This document shows, one piece after another, positions 9,423 to 18,999 of a stretch of DNA of 64,000 bases. Source of the stretch: an uncultured delta proteobacterium (GTDB lineage Bacteria > Desulfobacterota > Binatia > UBA9968); assembly GCA_963745835.1 (NCBI GenBank), contig CAVUZH010000003.1:96001-160000 (forward strand), read 5' to 3'. The position numbers were made by a program, and so were the translations under genes. Within the stretch, counting starts at the first letter, position 1. Each line of letters begins with the position of its first letter. The notes beneath the pieces were generated by a model. That model searched no databases and was not told the DNA's origin. It saw nothing but the letters and a program-made list of their open reading frames with translations.

Positions 9423-10400
9423 TCAACGGCGGCCCAGAGCACGCTCAAGCGGCCCGTTCTCGCGGAACGGTTCAGGCCAGCCGATATATTCTTTGAACTC
9501 CGGTCGCATGCCGACCAGGTCTTTGACCACATTATCAATCCCTTTGTCCGATACCAATGGCGTGCGCTTGAACAGTTTTGCGTAGGCTTGGATCGATTTC
9601 TTCAATATCACCGGATCGTTTTCTCTAAGCCATTTGGATAAAGATTTTTCCGAAAAAGCATGATCGCGCTTGATCAACTGGATCCCCGCAACATAGGCTC
9701 GTAGAAAGTCCTCGGTGGTCTTGGGTTCGGCTCTCATGAAGGCGCGGCTGCTGGCGACGCAAGAAGAGGGGTAGACGAGATCTGTCGAGCTCAGATCGAC
9801 GAGCACCGGCCAATTGCGCTCCAGGAATGGAATTGCATAACGAGCGGTTAGAGCCGCCGCAGCGATGCGCCCGGCTTCCAGGGCGGCCACCATCTCAGGC
9901 CCGGCGCCGAGCTGTAAAATGGTCATGTCCCGGTCCGGGTTAAGACCGACATGCCTGAGCGCCGTTCTCAGATAAAAATGAGTTGTCGACCCATAGCGGG
10001 TGACCGCGCTTGCATGCCCTTTGAGCTCGGCAGCAGACTTTATTTCCGGACGAGTGATCAAGTAAACCGGATCCACATCGACGGGGCAGGCCAGTAGGAT
10101 CACGTCTGCGCCGGCGGCTCGAGCGGCAATCACCGATTCAGCTCCGGCGCCGGAAAACTGCAAGTTGCCGGTGATGATCGCCAGAGTTATCAGGGATCCA
10201 CCGCGAATCTGCACGGGCTCGACATTGAAACCGTACTTCTCGAAATAACCGGCGTCCTTCGCCACCCAAACTGGCAGGTGCGAAGGCGATGCGCTGGTGC
10301 CATAAAGAATCCGTCTAAGCTCCTGAGCGCCTACGGCTTGGTACGGCGAAAAGAATGCGCAGACAAAGGTAAGCAACACTATGAAGGAATGATGCCTCAT
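9423..10400 (-). CDS. ABC substrate-binding protein, SsuA/THI5/NMT1 type
   Basis: Signal peptide; 'WVAKDAGYFEKYG', 'ELKG', 'ALEAGRIAAA'. Confidence 0.88.
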   Translation of the reverse strand: MRHHSFIVLLTFVCAFFSPYQAVGAQELRRILYGTSASPSHLPVWVAKDAGYFEKYGFNVEPVQIRGGSLITLAIITGNLQFSGAGAESVIAARAAGADVILLACPVDVDPVYLITRPEIKSAAELKGHASAVTRYGSTTHFYLRTALRHVGLNPDRDMTILQLGAGPEMVAALEAGRIAAAALTARYAIPFLERNWPVLVDLSSTDLVYPSSCVASSRAFMRAEPKTTEDFLRAYVAGIQLIKRDHAFSEKSLSKWLRENDPVILKKSIQAYAKLFKRTPLVSDKGIDNVVKDLVGMRPEFKEYIGWPEPFRENGPLERALGRR

Positions 10401-11374
10401 GGCCGCGACGATAAGGCGCGTTCTAAGGGTGCGTTGTCACGGAACAGTTCCGGACGGCCGATAAATTCCTTCGGTATGGCTCGCCGGGTTGCCAGATCCT
10501 TAAGTACATTTTCTATTCCCTTGTCGGGCACGTAGGGCATGGCCTTAAACAGCCGGACATATGCATCCACCGATTTTTTTACCACCATCGGGTCTCGTTC
10601 ACGCAGCCATCTGGCAAATGATTTCTCCGCAAATGGCGGATCTTTGACGATGAGCTGTATTCCGGCGACGTAGGCTCTCAGAAAATTCTCCACGGCTTTA
10701 GGTTCGGTCTTGACGAAATTACGGCTACTCGCGACGCAAGACGATGGATAAACCATATCAGTGGTGCTGAGATCGACGAGCATCGGCCAACCACGGTCCA
10801 GGTAGGGGAGCGCGTAACGCGTTGTCAGCGCGGCGGCGGCGATACGTCCCGTCTCCAAAGCGCTGACGATCTCCGGTCCGGCACCGAGTTGTAAAATGGT
10901 CAGATCCTTTTCCGAATCGAGACCGACATGACGGAGTGCGGCCCTGAGATAGAAATGGGTTGTTGAGCCGAGTCGGGTGACGGCAGTGGATTTGCCTTTG
11001 AGCTCGGCCGCTGACTTTATCTCAGGCCGGGCCATCAAATAGACCGGATCGGAATAAACCGGACAGGCAAGCAACACCACGTCGCCGCCCTCGATGCGCG
11101 CGGCGACTATCGACTCAGCGCCAGCGCCGGAGAATTGTAGCTGACCGCTCATGATTCCCATGGTGATCAACGCGCCGCCGCGTATGTGCACCGGTTCGAC
11201 GTTCAGGCCGTTTTTGGCGAAATATCCCGCATCTTTAGCAACCCAGACCGGCAGGTGAGAGGTGGAATTGGTAGTGCCGTAGTGGATGCGGCGGAGATCC
11301 TGAGCCCAGCTTCGTTCCTGGAGCGACAGCAGACCACAAAGAAAGCTCACGATCAATGAAACTTTCCAAAGCAT
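10397..11374 (-). CDS. ABC substrate-binding protein, SsuA/THI5/NMT1 type (close paralog of 9423-10400)
   Basis: Same length (325 aa) and long identical stretches; stop overlaps the next start (ATGA). Confidence 0.88.
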   Translation of the reverse strand: MLWKVSLIVSFLCGLLSLQERSWAQDLRRIHYGTTNSTSHLPVWVAKDAGYFAKNGLNVEPVHIRGGALITMGIMSGQLQFSGAGAESIVAARIEGGDVVLLACPVYSDPVYLMARPEIKSAAELKGKSTAVTRLGSTTHFYLRAALRHVGLDSEKDLTILQLGAGPEIVSALETGRIAAAALTTRYALPYLDRGWPMLVDLSTTDMVYPSSCVASSRNFVKTEPKAVENFLRAYVAGIQLIVKDPPFAEKSFARWLRERDPMVVKKSVDAYVRLFKAMPYVPDKGIENVLKDLATRRAIPKEFIGRPELFRDNAPLERALSSRP

Positions 11375-11384
11375 GGCGCTTCAA

Positions 11385-11855
11385 TTATTTGCCGGCGTAT
11401 TTAGCTTCTGCTTTCTCCTGATCGAAAGGCACGAACTGGTTGACGCCTGGACCGCGAACCTGCGGCGCCTCTCCTTCGTCAAATAGTCCCACGGCATACT
11501 CACCGGCACGGCCGCCGATCAATGCCGGGGCATGCGCTTCAGCCACGGTGGCCTCGCCGTCGGAACGATTCCAAGCCCAATGAACCGTGTTGGCGGGGAT
11601 ACGCTGGAAATCGCCTTTTTTACAATGAAAGCCTTTATCCTCTACAAAGAACCAGATCTCGCCGTCGAGCACATAGTTTATCTGCTCGGACTCATGCTGA
11701 TGCGGTTTAGTGTGATAACCGGGCGCGCGAGTCGCGATCATCAGGCTGCACTCGTTTCCATACCCTTTGCGAACAACCATCGATCCGGTACCCGCCTCGC
11801 CGCTCTGGACGCGCTTTATTTCGGTTACCTCCGAGCTTTTGACGTGTAAAGCCAT
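11385..11855 (-). CDS. Cupin domain protein
   Basis: 'PHQHESEQINYVLDG' and 'IPANTVH' cupin motifs; ATG 11855 after GGAGG. Confidence 0.88.
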   Translation of the reverse strand: MALHVKSSEVTEIKRVQSGEAGTGSMVVRKGYGNECSLMIATRAPGYHTKPHQHESEQINYVLDGEIWFFVEDKGFHCKKGDFQRIPANTVHWAWNRSDGEATVAEAHAPALIGGRAGEYAVGLFDEGEAPQVRGPGVNQFVPFDQEKAEAKYAGK

Positions 11856-11888
11856 GTGACCTCCTACAGAGCTGAGCAATTCTCTTTT

Positions 11889-11903
11889 CCGTATGTCATA
11901 CGG
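11889..11903. promoter_or_regulatory. Perfect palindrome CCGTATG-T-CATACGG, candidate repressor operator
   Basis: 15-bp inverted repeat between a TTGACG (minus strand, 11911-11916) and the cupin start. Confidence 0.5.
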
Positions 11904-12173
11904 GCAATCTCGTCAAGCGCTATGTATAGGGCTTGGTCAGTGGTTCTGGATTATCATGACTGCGGATGAGAATCAGCGATCACACCATCACCATTACTCG
12001 ACACGACAAGAGGCGTGTGCAACGGCTCTTGCGCCGCCATCATCTCAACACCCAATACGATCAGTTTAATAAGCTGTCGTTCTTCGGTTCAGGTATTCAT
12101 CCGAATTTAGCCATTGAACATCTATTTGAACCAGACTAAAGGTTTTTACTTCAGGTTTAACTCGGGAGGTTTT

Positions 12174-12483
12174 ATGGCGCACTTTCCGGTGGTCTATACC
12201 GATGGACACATGTCTTAGAACGACAGTCCGACATCAGGAAGTATCTCGACTCGGCTTGGAATAAATGTCTGACGGCGGTATGGCCCGGCGACCAGCACTG
12301 GGACAACGACATGATGACTCATTCGCGATGGCTCGACAGTGGAAGGGACTCAGCGCCGAGATTCCGCATTGCGACAACGAGTTCTCGGAAGCTTGATCGA
12401 TTCATGTGTGATCACCGGGAATTGTCCGACGAGGCCAAGAGAAGAATTCTCTACGATACGGCAAGGACCTGTTCGCTCTGTAA
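12174..12483 (+). pseudogene. Collapsed amidohydrolase_2 pseudogene
   Basis: GGAGG-ATG then MAHFPVVYTDGHMS*, shifted-frame 'ERQSDIRKYLDSAWN..WPGDQHWDN', and a C-terminal 'LSDEAKRRILYDTA'; both ends resemble the intact amidohydrolase at 13629-14702 and the middle is missing. Confidence 0.65.
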
Positions 12484-12501
12484 AGATCAGCGGAGGTACT
12501 C

Positions 12502-13491
12502 ATGAGACGACTCGTTGCGATAGTTGTTTTATCCGTGTTCGCGGTGTCATCGGCCGTGTGCAGTGCGGCCCTTGCTGCCGAGCCGGTCCGGATCGCCTAC
12601 AGCTCGGTGAATCCGCACGCCTTACTGGTCTGGATCGCAGAAAAGCGAGGGCTATACGCCAAGCATGGCCTGTCGTCGACGCTTGTCTATGTTCCCGGCG
12701 GCTCGGTAGCGATTCAAGCACTGGTTTCGGGAGACATCGACTTAGCTCAGTTGACCGGCCCTCCTGGCGTGATCGCGAATATGAAGGGCGCAGATGTCGT
12801 CTACATCGCGATGACCGATGACAAAATGGGTTATCAATTGGTGACGCGCCAGGACGTCAAAAGACCCGCCGAGCTAAAGGGAAAACGATTAGGCATCAGC
12901 CGGTTTGGTTCCTCTTCTGATTTCAGCACCAAAGTTTTGCTTAAGAAAATCGGCATCGATCCAAAGGATGTGACCATTCTCCAGATCGGCAATGAAACCC
13001 AGCGTTTGGTGGCGCTCAAGTCCGGCGGCATCGATGGTTCTATTTTCAATGCGCCGTTCGGTGCCGAGGCGAAAAAATTGAATTTCAACATTCTCGCCGA
13101 TGCGGGTGCGCTCAACATTCCGTACTTCAATACGGGCATGTGTGGCAGTACTCAATTGATGCAGAAAAACGAAACGCGAATGTTGAATTTTTTGCGCGCC
13201 TATCTAGAGGCGATCAAAATTTTCAAAACCGAGCCGGAATACACCTTGAAGGCGCTTTCGCAATTTAGCAAGGTAAACGACCACGAGCTGCTTAAAGAAG
13301 CCTATGAGTATAACAGAGCGCGAATCCCCGATGTGCCGTACCCCTCCGTAGTAGCGATGCAAGCGGTCGTGGACACACTCGCGGAGAGCGAACCCAAGGC
13401 CGCCAAGGCGGATGCTAAGAAGTTTATCAACGACCGGTTTCTAAAGAAGCTCGAAGACGAAGGCTTTGTACAGAAGTTGTTTGGACGATAA
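12502..13491 (+). CDS. ABC substrate-binding protein, SsuA/THI5/NMT1 type
   Basis: Signal peptide; 'ELKGKRLGISRFGSSSD', 'ALKSGGIDG'. Confidence 0.9.
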   Translation: MRRLVAIVVLSVFAVSSAVCSAALAAEPVRIAYSSVNPHALLVWIAEKRGLYAKHGLSSTLVYVPGGSVAIQALVSGDIDLAQLTGPPGVIANMKGADVVYIAMTDDKMGYQLVTRQDVKRPAELKGKRLGISRFGSSSDFSTKVLLKKIGIDPKDVTILQIGNETQRLVALKSGGIDGSIFNAPFGAEAKKLNFNILADAGALNIPYFNTGMCGSTQLMQKNETRMLNFLRAYLEAIKIFKTEPEYTLKALSQFSKVNDHELLKEAYEYNRARIPDVPYPSVVAMQAVVDTLAESEPKAAKADAKKFINDRFLKKLEDEGFVQKLFGR

Positions 13492-13628
13492 CAGGGCGCC
13501 TGCCGCGCATGCCATGTGCTGCGGAGAATGCGGCCGCTGAGCGATAGGGCGGGTTAGAACACGGTGTCAGTAGCGTGCCATCGCGGAACCTTTCCAATCT
13601 CGAGGTCGGCACCGGCCTTTAACAACGG

Positions 13629-14702
13629 CTAGTTGCCTTTTGCCTTTCTGGCTGCGGCAATGTCTCCTTCGCTCAGGTGATAAAAGCGCACCGGATTGTC
13701 GAAGAGCATCTTGTTTTTGAATTCCTCGGACAAGTCCTTGCGGGCTCTCAGGTGAGGGAGATCGCCGCCGAACTGGTCGCGTTCGCGCTCGTGCGGAAAG
13801 TCCGATGCCCACATGATGACATCCGGATGAACCAGCTCCGGAATATAGGGTGCGGTGCGCTCTTCGACCTCCATCGTTACAAAGATATTGCCCGATTTGA
13901 AGAACGTGCTGGGCGGCGACTTGAGATTCGGCGCCAGGCGCGCGGCAAATTTTTCGTAATCTTCTTCCATTCGGTCCATCATGAACGGCACCCAGCCGGC
14001 TCCTGCTTCGAGATAGGCGACACGAAGCTTGGGAAATTCCTGAAACACCCCCTGGAAAACCATGTTGGTGATTTGCAGAAATAGGCCCACAGGATGCTCG
14101 AGCATGTGCGCTTCTAAGAAGCTGGCGACGCGATCCAGGCCAAGGTTTTGGCTCACGCCGCCGTGAATTGTGAGCGGCACATTGAGCCGCTGCGCCTCAT
14201 CGTAGATCTCGTGGTACAAGGGCGAGCCGTAGAGAGGATTGCGATTGTTGGTGACGGAGGGCAACAAACCGGCGCAAAAACCCAATTCTTTGACACAGCG
14301 GCGCAATTCAGCCGCAGCTGCTTTGGGATCTTGCGGAGCAAGGAGGGCAACACCCTTCAGACGCGATGTTTGGCTGGTAAAGCGGTGATGGAGCCAATCG
14401 TTATATCCCTGGGCTAGCGCCGAAGCCCATGCTGGCAGTTGGATCATACCGAGCGCCAGGGCCGAGGTCGGATAGAGAACGGCCATATCGATGCCATGCT
14501 CATTTTGGAAGCGGATCCAGGCCTCGGCATCAGGATCTTCGCGCTTGCCTTTGCGCGCCAGGCCGCGCTGCCAGCCATCGGCATCGAATAGCGGCCAACT
14601 GGAGTGCCAGTTCATCTCGCCGAAATTGCCTTTGATGTGATCGAAGAGATCCTTGTGCTGCTCCATGATGTGTCCGTCTGCATCGATGACCAAATCTGCC
14701 AT
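13629..14702 (-). CDS. Amidohydrolase_2 family protein (LigW/ACMSD-like hydrolase or decarboxylase)
   Basis: 'IDADGH', 'LTIHGG', 'LEAGAGWVP', 'WASDFPH', 'DNPVRFY'. Confidence 0.9.
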   Translation of the reverse strand: MADLVIDADGHIMEQHKDLFDHIKGNFGEMNWHSSWPLFDADGWQRGLARKGKREDPDAEAWIRFQNEHGIDMAVLYPTSALALGMIQLPAWASALAQGYNDWLHHRFTSQTSRLKGVALLAPQDPKAAAAELRRCVKELGFCAGLLPSVTNNRNPLYGSPLYHEIYDEAQRLNVPLTIHGGVSQNLGLDRVASFLEAHMLEHPVGLFLQITNMVFQGVFQEFPKLRVAYLEAGAGWVPFMMDRMEEDYEKFAARLAPNLKSPPSTFFKSGNIFVTMEVEERTAPYIPELVHPDVIMWASDFPHERERDQFGGDLPHLRARKDLSEEFKNKMLFDNPVRFYHLSEGDIAAARKAKGN

Positions 14703-14817
14703 TGTGGTGCCTCCTGATTTGATGTTTCAAACTGCCGCGCTGCCGTACTGCCGGCCGGATTGAAACCCGGGCGAGACTGGTTTCAGAATATCTGTCCGCA
14801 AGCTTCTGGTCGAGCGC

Positions 14818-15828
14818 TCACTGCAAAAAAATTTTCTGATATTCTTTCTTTTTGACTTCGTAATCTTCTTTGCTGAACGGGTACATCTGCACAAATTTAA
14901 TTTTATCGGCATCGGCCAGAGGTGGATAGATACCTTGACGATTGACGAACTCGCCGGTCTTTGCCTGGATGGTCATGCTCTCTTCATCGAGAAAGAAGTC
15001 GATGAAAGCTTTGCCGGCGTTGGGACGGGGAGCTTTGGATCCAAGGCTGATGTACTGCCCGTCACCCAGCATATTGTAGTCGCGGACGTAATCGAGATTG
15101 GCTCCTTGTTTGTTATAGGTCAGGACGAAGCGCGCGAAAGTAATCCCGATGGGTGTTTCACCGGTGCCGACCCGATCGGCGGCGGGGACGATCGACTCGA
15201 CGAATATCGGTTTTGCAGCGGCCAAATCACGGATGAACTTTTCCGCCCGCGGTTTTGACATGATCTTGTCCAGACTGGCGAGCCATTGGGTCGTCAGTGT
15301 ATGGTTCACCGGATGCGGCATGACCAGCTTGCCGCGGTATTCCGGCTTGACGACATCCTCGAGCGTTTTTGGCGCTTCGGAAGCTTTGATGCTAGCTTTG
15401 TTGTATATCACCCCATAGAGCACGTTTCGGTAACGAGCTCCGAGATTCGGATCAATGGCCTCTTTAGCGAAGCCTTTGAACGACGGCGATTGATATTTCG
15501 TGAACACACCTTCTTTGGCGAGGAGATGCATGTGGTCTCCGGTCATCGCGACTACGTCAAAGAGGGGTTTGCCAACTCGAAACTCGGCCAGAGAGCGATC
15601 GAGAACTTCAGTGGAGCCGCCGCGCCAGTATTCCATTTGCAGCCCGGTCTTTTTCTCGAAAGCTGCCTTAATCGCATCGGCGGTGAAGGTTTCCATGGAT
15701 GTGTAGACGATAACCTTGCCGCCGTCTTTTTTCGCCGCCTCGATCAACTTGGCATCTTGGGAGAAGACAGTCTCTCTCGCGAAGAGCATCAGCAGGCCAA
15801 CTAACAGGGCCGAAATCCACATCGTCAA
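14818..15828 (-). CDS. Extracellular solute-binding protein, AfuA/FbpA (SBP_bac_6) type
   Basis: Signal peptide; 'LIEAAKKDGGKVIVYTS', 'APRPNAGKAFIDFFL'. Confidence 0.88.
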   Translation of the reverse strand: MTMWISALLVGLLMLFARETVFSQDAKLIEAAKKDGGKVIVYTSMETFTADAIKAAFEKKTGLQMEYWRGGSTEVLDRSLAEFRVGKPLFDVVAMTGDHMHLLAKEGVFTKYQSPSFKGFAKEAIDPNLGARYRNVLYGVIYNKASIKASEAPKTLEDVVKPEYRGKLVMPHPVNHTLTTQWLASLDKIMSKPRAEKFIRDLAAAKPIFVESIVPAADRVGTGETPIGITFARFVLTYNKQGANLDYVRDYNMLGDGQYISLGSKAPRPNAGKAFIDFFLDEESMTIQAKTGEFVNRQGIYPPLADADKIKFVQMYPFSKEDYEVKKKEYQKIFLQ

Positions 15829-15865
15829 ACTCCTTTTCGTTATTTGCTGGAATTCTCTCTTGCTG

Positions 15866-15895
15866 GTTATATTTCAGCGGGCTTAATCCCGTCAA
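15866..15895 (-). promoter_or_regulatory. sigma70-like promoter TTGACG-N18-TATAAC
   Basis: Reverse-strand hexamers at 15890-15895 and 15866-15871, upstream of the SBP start. Confidence 0.5.
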
Positions 15896-15956
15896 GGCAG
15901 TTGCGTTTAGCAAGCTTGAACGATCGTCGCTGTGAACCATGGTAGTGACATGGCCA

Positions 15957-17096
15957 TCACAATTGGGCAAATCTCTGCGACAGAAGGGTAGGCTGGCCAT
16001 GCTGGTTAGAAAAGAGGCGTTCGATCTCGGTGTCTTGCACTTGGGCGAGAACCGGCGGTTTCCATTGCGGCTGCTGGTCTTTGTCGATGAGGCGAGCCCT
16101 GACACCTTCACGGAAATCGGATCCGGCGCAAAAATTCACAGCCATGTCCCATTCGCGCAGAAAGACTTCTTTCAAGCCGAGTTTTTTGCCTTCGTTTATC
16201 TGTCGAAAGATAGCCTTTGCCGATGTCGGCGAACCGCTCAGATAACCATCGATGGCGCTTTTAATCCACTCGTCTGTACCTCGCCAGCTGCGTAATGCGG
16301 CATCGACGGCTTCAATGGCGGGTTTATCGGTCAACGATCGAATCGTCTCAAGCCGCTGCATGATCGCGGATCGGCCACTCGTCGGTGAATCCGCGAAGCC
16401 AGAGAGATGACGACGTAAGATTTCTTTGTCATGCGCTTCATCGGATTTCCATTCGAGCTTTGCTAACCCGTCCAACGCCTGCGATTTCTTGTTTGATGCG
16501 ATGATGCCATCGGCCATACCGATGGCAGCGGCATCTCGCCCGTCAAAGCGCGCGCCGGTCAGCGCAAGAAACAATCCCAAACTGTCCGGCAAACGATTTA
16601 GAAAATAGGTTCCGCCTACGTCTGGAAATAGCCCTATGGCGATCTCGGGCATGGCCATTAGAGTGCGCTGGGTGACCGCCCGATAGGTTGCTCCATTCAT
16701 AATCCCGATACCGCCGCCCATGGTGATTCCGTCAGCCCAACAAAGGAGCGGCTTGGAATAAATGTGTATAAGATAATCAACTAAATATTCTGCCGTGAAG
16801 TATTGAGCACCGGAGCCGAGATCCGGTCCCTGCTCGAGCGCAACTACAAGCGCCTTGACGTCGCCGCCGGCGCAAAAGGCTTTCTCTGAATCTGAGTGCA
16901 AAACGACGCAGACCACATCTTCCCGAGCGCGCCATTTCAGCAAGATGGCTTCGATGTCACGGAACATGGCGAGAGTGAGCGCGTTTAGCGCGCGCGGGTT
17001 GTTCAATTTGATAAAGCCCAGCGCAAAATGGCCTGCCCTTGTTTCTGAGAAGACGACGTTCTCGGATGGTTTCGTCGAAGGATTAATCATCAACAT
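15957..17096 (-). CDS. Enoyl-CoA hydratase/isomerase family, 3-hydroxyisobutyryl-CoA hydrolase-like (start uncertain)
   Basis: 'KAFCAGGDV', 'DGITMGGGIG', 'AMPEIAIGLFPDVGG', 'DFREGVRARLIDKDQQPQW'. Confidence 0.88.
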   Translation of the reverse strand: MLMINPSTKPSENVVFSETRAGHFALGFIKLNNPRALNALTLAMFRDIEAILLKWRAREDVVCVVLHSDSEKAFCAGGDVKALVVALEQGPDLGSGAQYFTAEYLVDYLIHIYSKPLLCWADGITMGGGIGIMNGATYRAVTQRTLMAMPEIAIGLFPDVGGTYFLNRLPDSLGLFLALTGARFDGRDAAAIGMADGIIASNKKSQALDGLAKLEWKSDEAHDKEILRRHLSGFADSPTSGRSAIMQRLETIRSLTDKPAIEAVDAALRSWRGTDEWIKSAIDGYLSGSPTSAKAIFRQINEGKKLGLKEVFLREWDMAVNFCAGSDFREGVRARLIDKDQQPQWKPPVLAQVQDTEIERLFSNQHGQPTLLSQRFAQL

Positions 17097-17252
17097 GCTA
17101 TCGGACGGCGGAACAAAAATGTCAATGGTGGACGTTGAGTGGACATTGATTGGTAGATTTGGCCGCTGATTTTGACCGTCATGAATTTTTGGTCGTGCAA
17201 ATTGCGGCATAAAATCGCCGCCTTAGAAGGCACGTTTCCAATTTTTTGTTCG

Positions 17253-17268
17253 CGGCATAGTGATTGCT
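17253..17268 (+). promoter_or_regulatory. sigma54-like -24/-12 promoter CGGCATAGTGATTGCT
   Basis: GG-N10-GC spacing with TTGC at -12, about 45 bp upstream of ATG 17314. Confidence 0.5.
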
Positions 17269-17313
17269 ACGTCACTGGAAACGCGCGGTAAATGCACGAC
17301 AGAGAGGGACAAA

Positions 17314-17514
17314 ATGGAAACATCAGAGACGGCCGAATATATTCAGATTAGTTGCGAGAACAGCACCTATAATGCTGCACTCTGCCACCGATGTGGTACG
17401 AAGATTTTTCCGGCGGAACTCCTAGACGCGCATCTCGACCGGCATCAGATTAAAGACCTCTATCTTGAAGGCGAGCTCAAAAAACTACAATTCGCAATGG
17501 CGCGAATGCGATAG
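17314..17514 (+). CDS. 66-aa microprotein with C2H2-type zinc-finger motif
   Basis: RBS GAGAGGG; CHRCGTKIFPAELLDAHLDRH = C-x2-C-x12-H-x3-H; followed by a terminator. Confidence 0.7.
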   Translation: METSETAEYIQISCENSTYNAALCHRCGTKIFPAELLDAHLDRHQIKDLYLEGELKKLQFAMARMR

Positions 17515-17536
17515 CGGCATTTAGTGTTCCGTGGAG

Positions 17537-17573
17537 CACAGCTCGAGCTTTACCTCCTCAGCTCGAGTTTGTG
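17537..17573 (+). ncRNA. Candidate 3'-UTR hairpin/sRNA with anti-SD loop
   Basis: CACAGCTCGAGCT / AGCTCGAGTTTGTG stem enclosing loop TTACCTCCTC. Confidence 0.4.
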
Positions 17574-17582
17574 GCTAGCACC

Positions 17583-17615
17583 AAGGGTGTCCCTCGCAGC
17601 GGGGACACCCTTTTT
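17583..17615 (+). terminator. Rho-independent terminator
   Basis: AAGGGTGTCCC-tcgcagcg-GGGACACCCTT followed by a T run. Confidence 0.85.
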
Positions 17616-17776
17616 CCAATCTAATCGCCAATAAAATTTGCATCCGAGAATCCTTCATCGGAGAACCCTCTTCCGTAGTTCAGGATCCTAGGTCAGTTCT
17701 CTTCGCCGGCGTGCTCTAAGGGAATCGCTCGCCTGTGCTCTTCAGTTGAGAAATCACAAAGCAATCTGCGCTAGCC

Positions 17777-17805
17777 TTGACATCATCAGGAGCCTTTCCT
17801 ATGGT
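17777..17805 (+). promoter_or_regulatory. sigma70-like promoter TTGACA-N17-TATGGT
   Basis: Consensus -35 and 17-bp spacer, 50 bp upstream of ATG 17855. Confidence 0.55.
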
Positions 17806-17854
17806 CGCCGCTGGTGAATAATTTGCGTCACATTGATTGCTAAACAGACATCCC

Positions 17855-18859
17855 ATGAAGCAGATTAAAATTGCTAGTGCGTTTGTCATCGCCGCGCTGT
17901 CGATCTCGCCACGGATTCTAACTGTTGCGCATGGCGCTGAACTCGAGAAGCTAAACGTTTGCTACTCATCGATAGCCGCGACATCGGTTTCGACCTGGAT
18001 ACCCAAAGAAGCCGGCATCTACCAGAAGTACGGTCTCGACGTAAACACGGTCTATGTCTCTGGCGCTCAGGCGATTTCTACGCTGATCTCCGGCGACACG
18101 CAGATCGTACAAGGTTCCGGTGCCGCCGCCGTCCTCTCCCGACTATCCGGCGCCGATGTGACGATCATCGGTACAACGATCAATGTTGTGCCGATGAGTC
18201 TCGTGACGACTCCCGATATTGGCGGAGTGCAGGACCTCAAGGGCAAGACATTCGGAGTAAGCCGCTTTGGCTCGCTCACCGACATTGGCCTGAGAAAAGC
18301 CGTGAGCGAGTTTGGTCTCGATCCCGCGACCGATATCAAGATGATTCAAACCGGCGGCGTGCCGGAGATTTTGCTCTACATGCAGCAGGGCGTTATCAAA
18401 GGAGGCTTGATCTCATCGCCGACTCTCGAGAGAGCCAAAGAGCTTGGCTACAAAGAATTATTGAACCTTGGCGAAATCAAATACCGCTATCCAGGCACCG
18501 CTCTAGTGACCACCGGATCGTTCATCAAAAATCGGCCGCAGACGTTGAACCGGTTCCTCAAAGCAACTCTTGAAGGAATCAAATACGCCAAAGCCAATCC
18601 TGATTTCACCGTTCGAGTGCTGGGCAAATACACGCGCAACACCGACACTAAACTTTTGAACAGCGCCTTCAAAAGTTACGTGCTCGGGTATATTCGAAAT
18701 GTGCCGACCATCACCCAACCAGAGATGGAATCGGTGTTGGAAGATATAGCGACGCGAAATCCAAAGGTCAAAACCGCCGATCCTAAGCAATTCTACGATC
18801 TCGCGCCGCTTGAGCAGTTGATTAAGGAAGGATTCGTTAAAGAACTCTATCCGGGATAG
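17855..18859 (+). CDS. ABC substrate-binding protein, SsuA/THI5/NMT1 type
   Basis: Signal peptide; 'DLKGKTFGVSRFGSLTD'. Confidence 0.9.
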   Translation: MKQIKIASAFVIAALSISPRILTVAHGAELEKLNVCYSSIAATSVSTWIPKEAGIYQKYGLDVNTVYVSGAQAISTLISGDTQIVQGSGAAAVLSRLSGADVTIIGTTINVVPMSLVTTPDIGGVQDLKGKTFGVSRFGSLTDIGLRKAVSEFGLDPATDIKMIQTGGVPEILLYMQQGVIKGGLISSPTLERAKELGYKELLNLGEIKYRYPGTALVTTGSFIKNRPQTLNRFLKATLEGIKYAKANPDFTVRVLGKYTRNTDTKLLNSAFKSYVLGYIRNVPTITQPEMESVLEDIATRNPKVKTADPKQFYDLAPLEQLIKEGFVKELYPG

Positions 18860-18999
18860 AGGGCTAACGTTTTCCGCCGCCGTTCTATGACGCTGTGACA
18901 ATTAGCTCCGAGAACAGAAGTTCCAGACGCTAGCCTTCGCTGGATATAAATCCGACAGGCGGGTTCAGGTCTGCTTGATAGTAGGAAAACTCATCCCGC

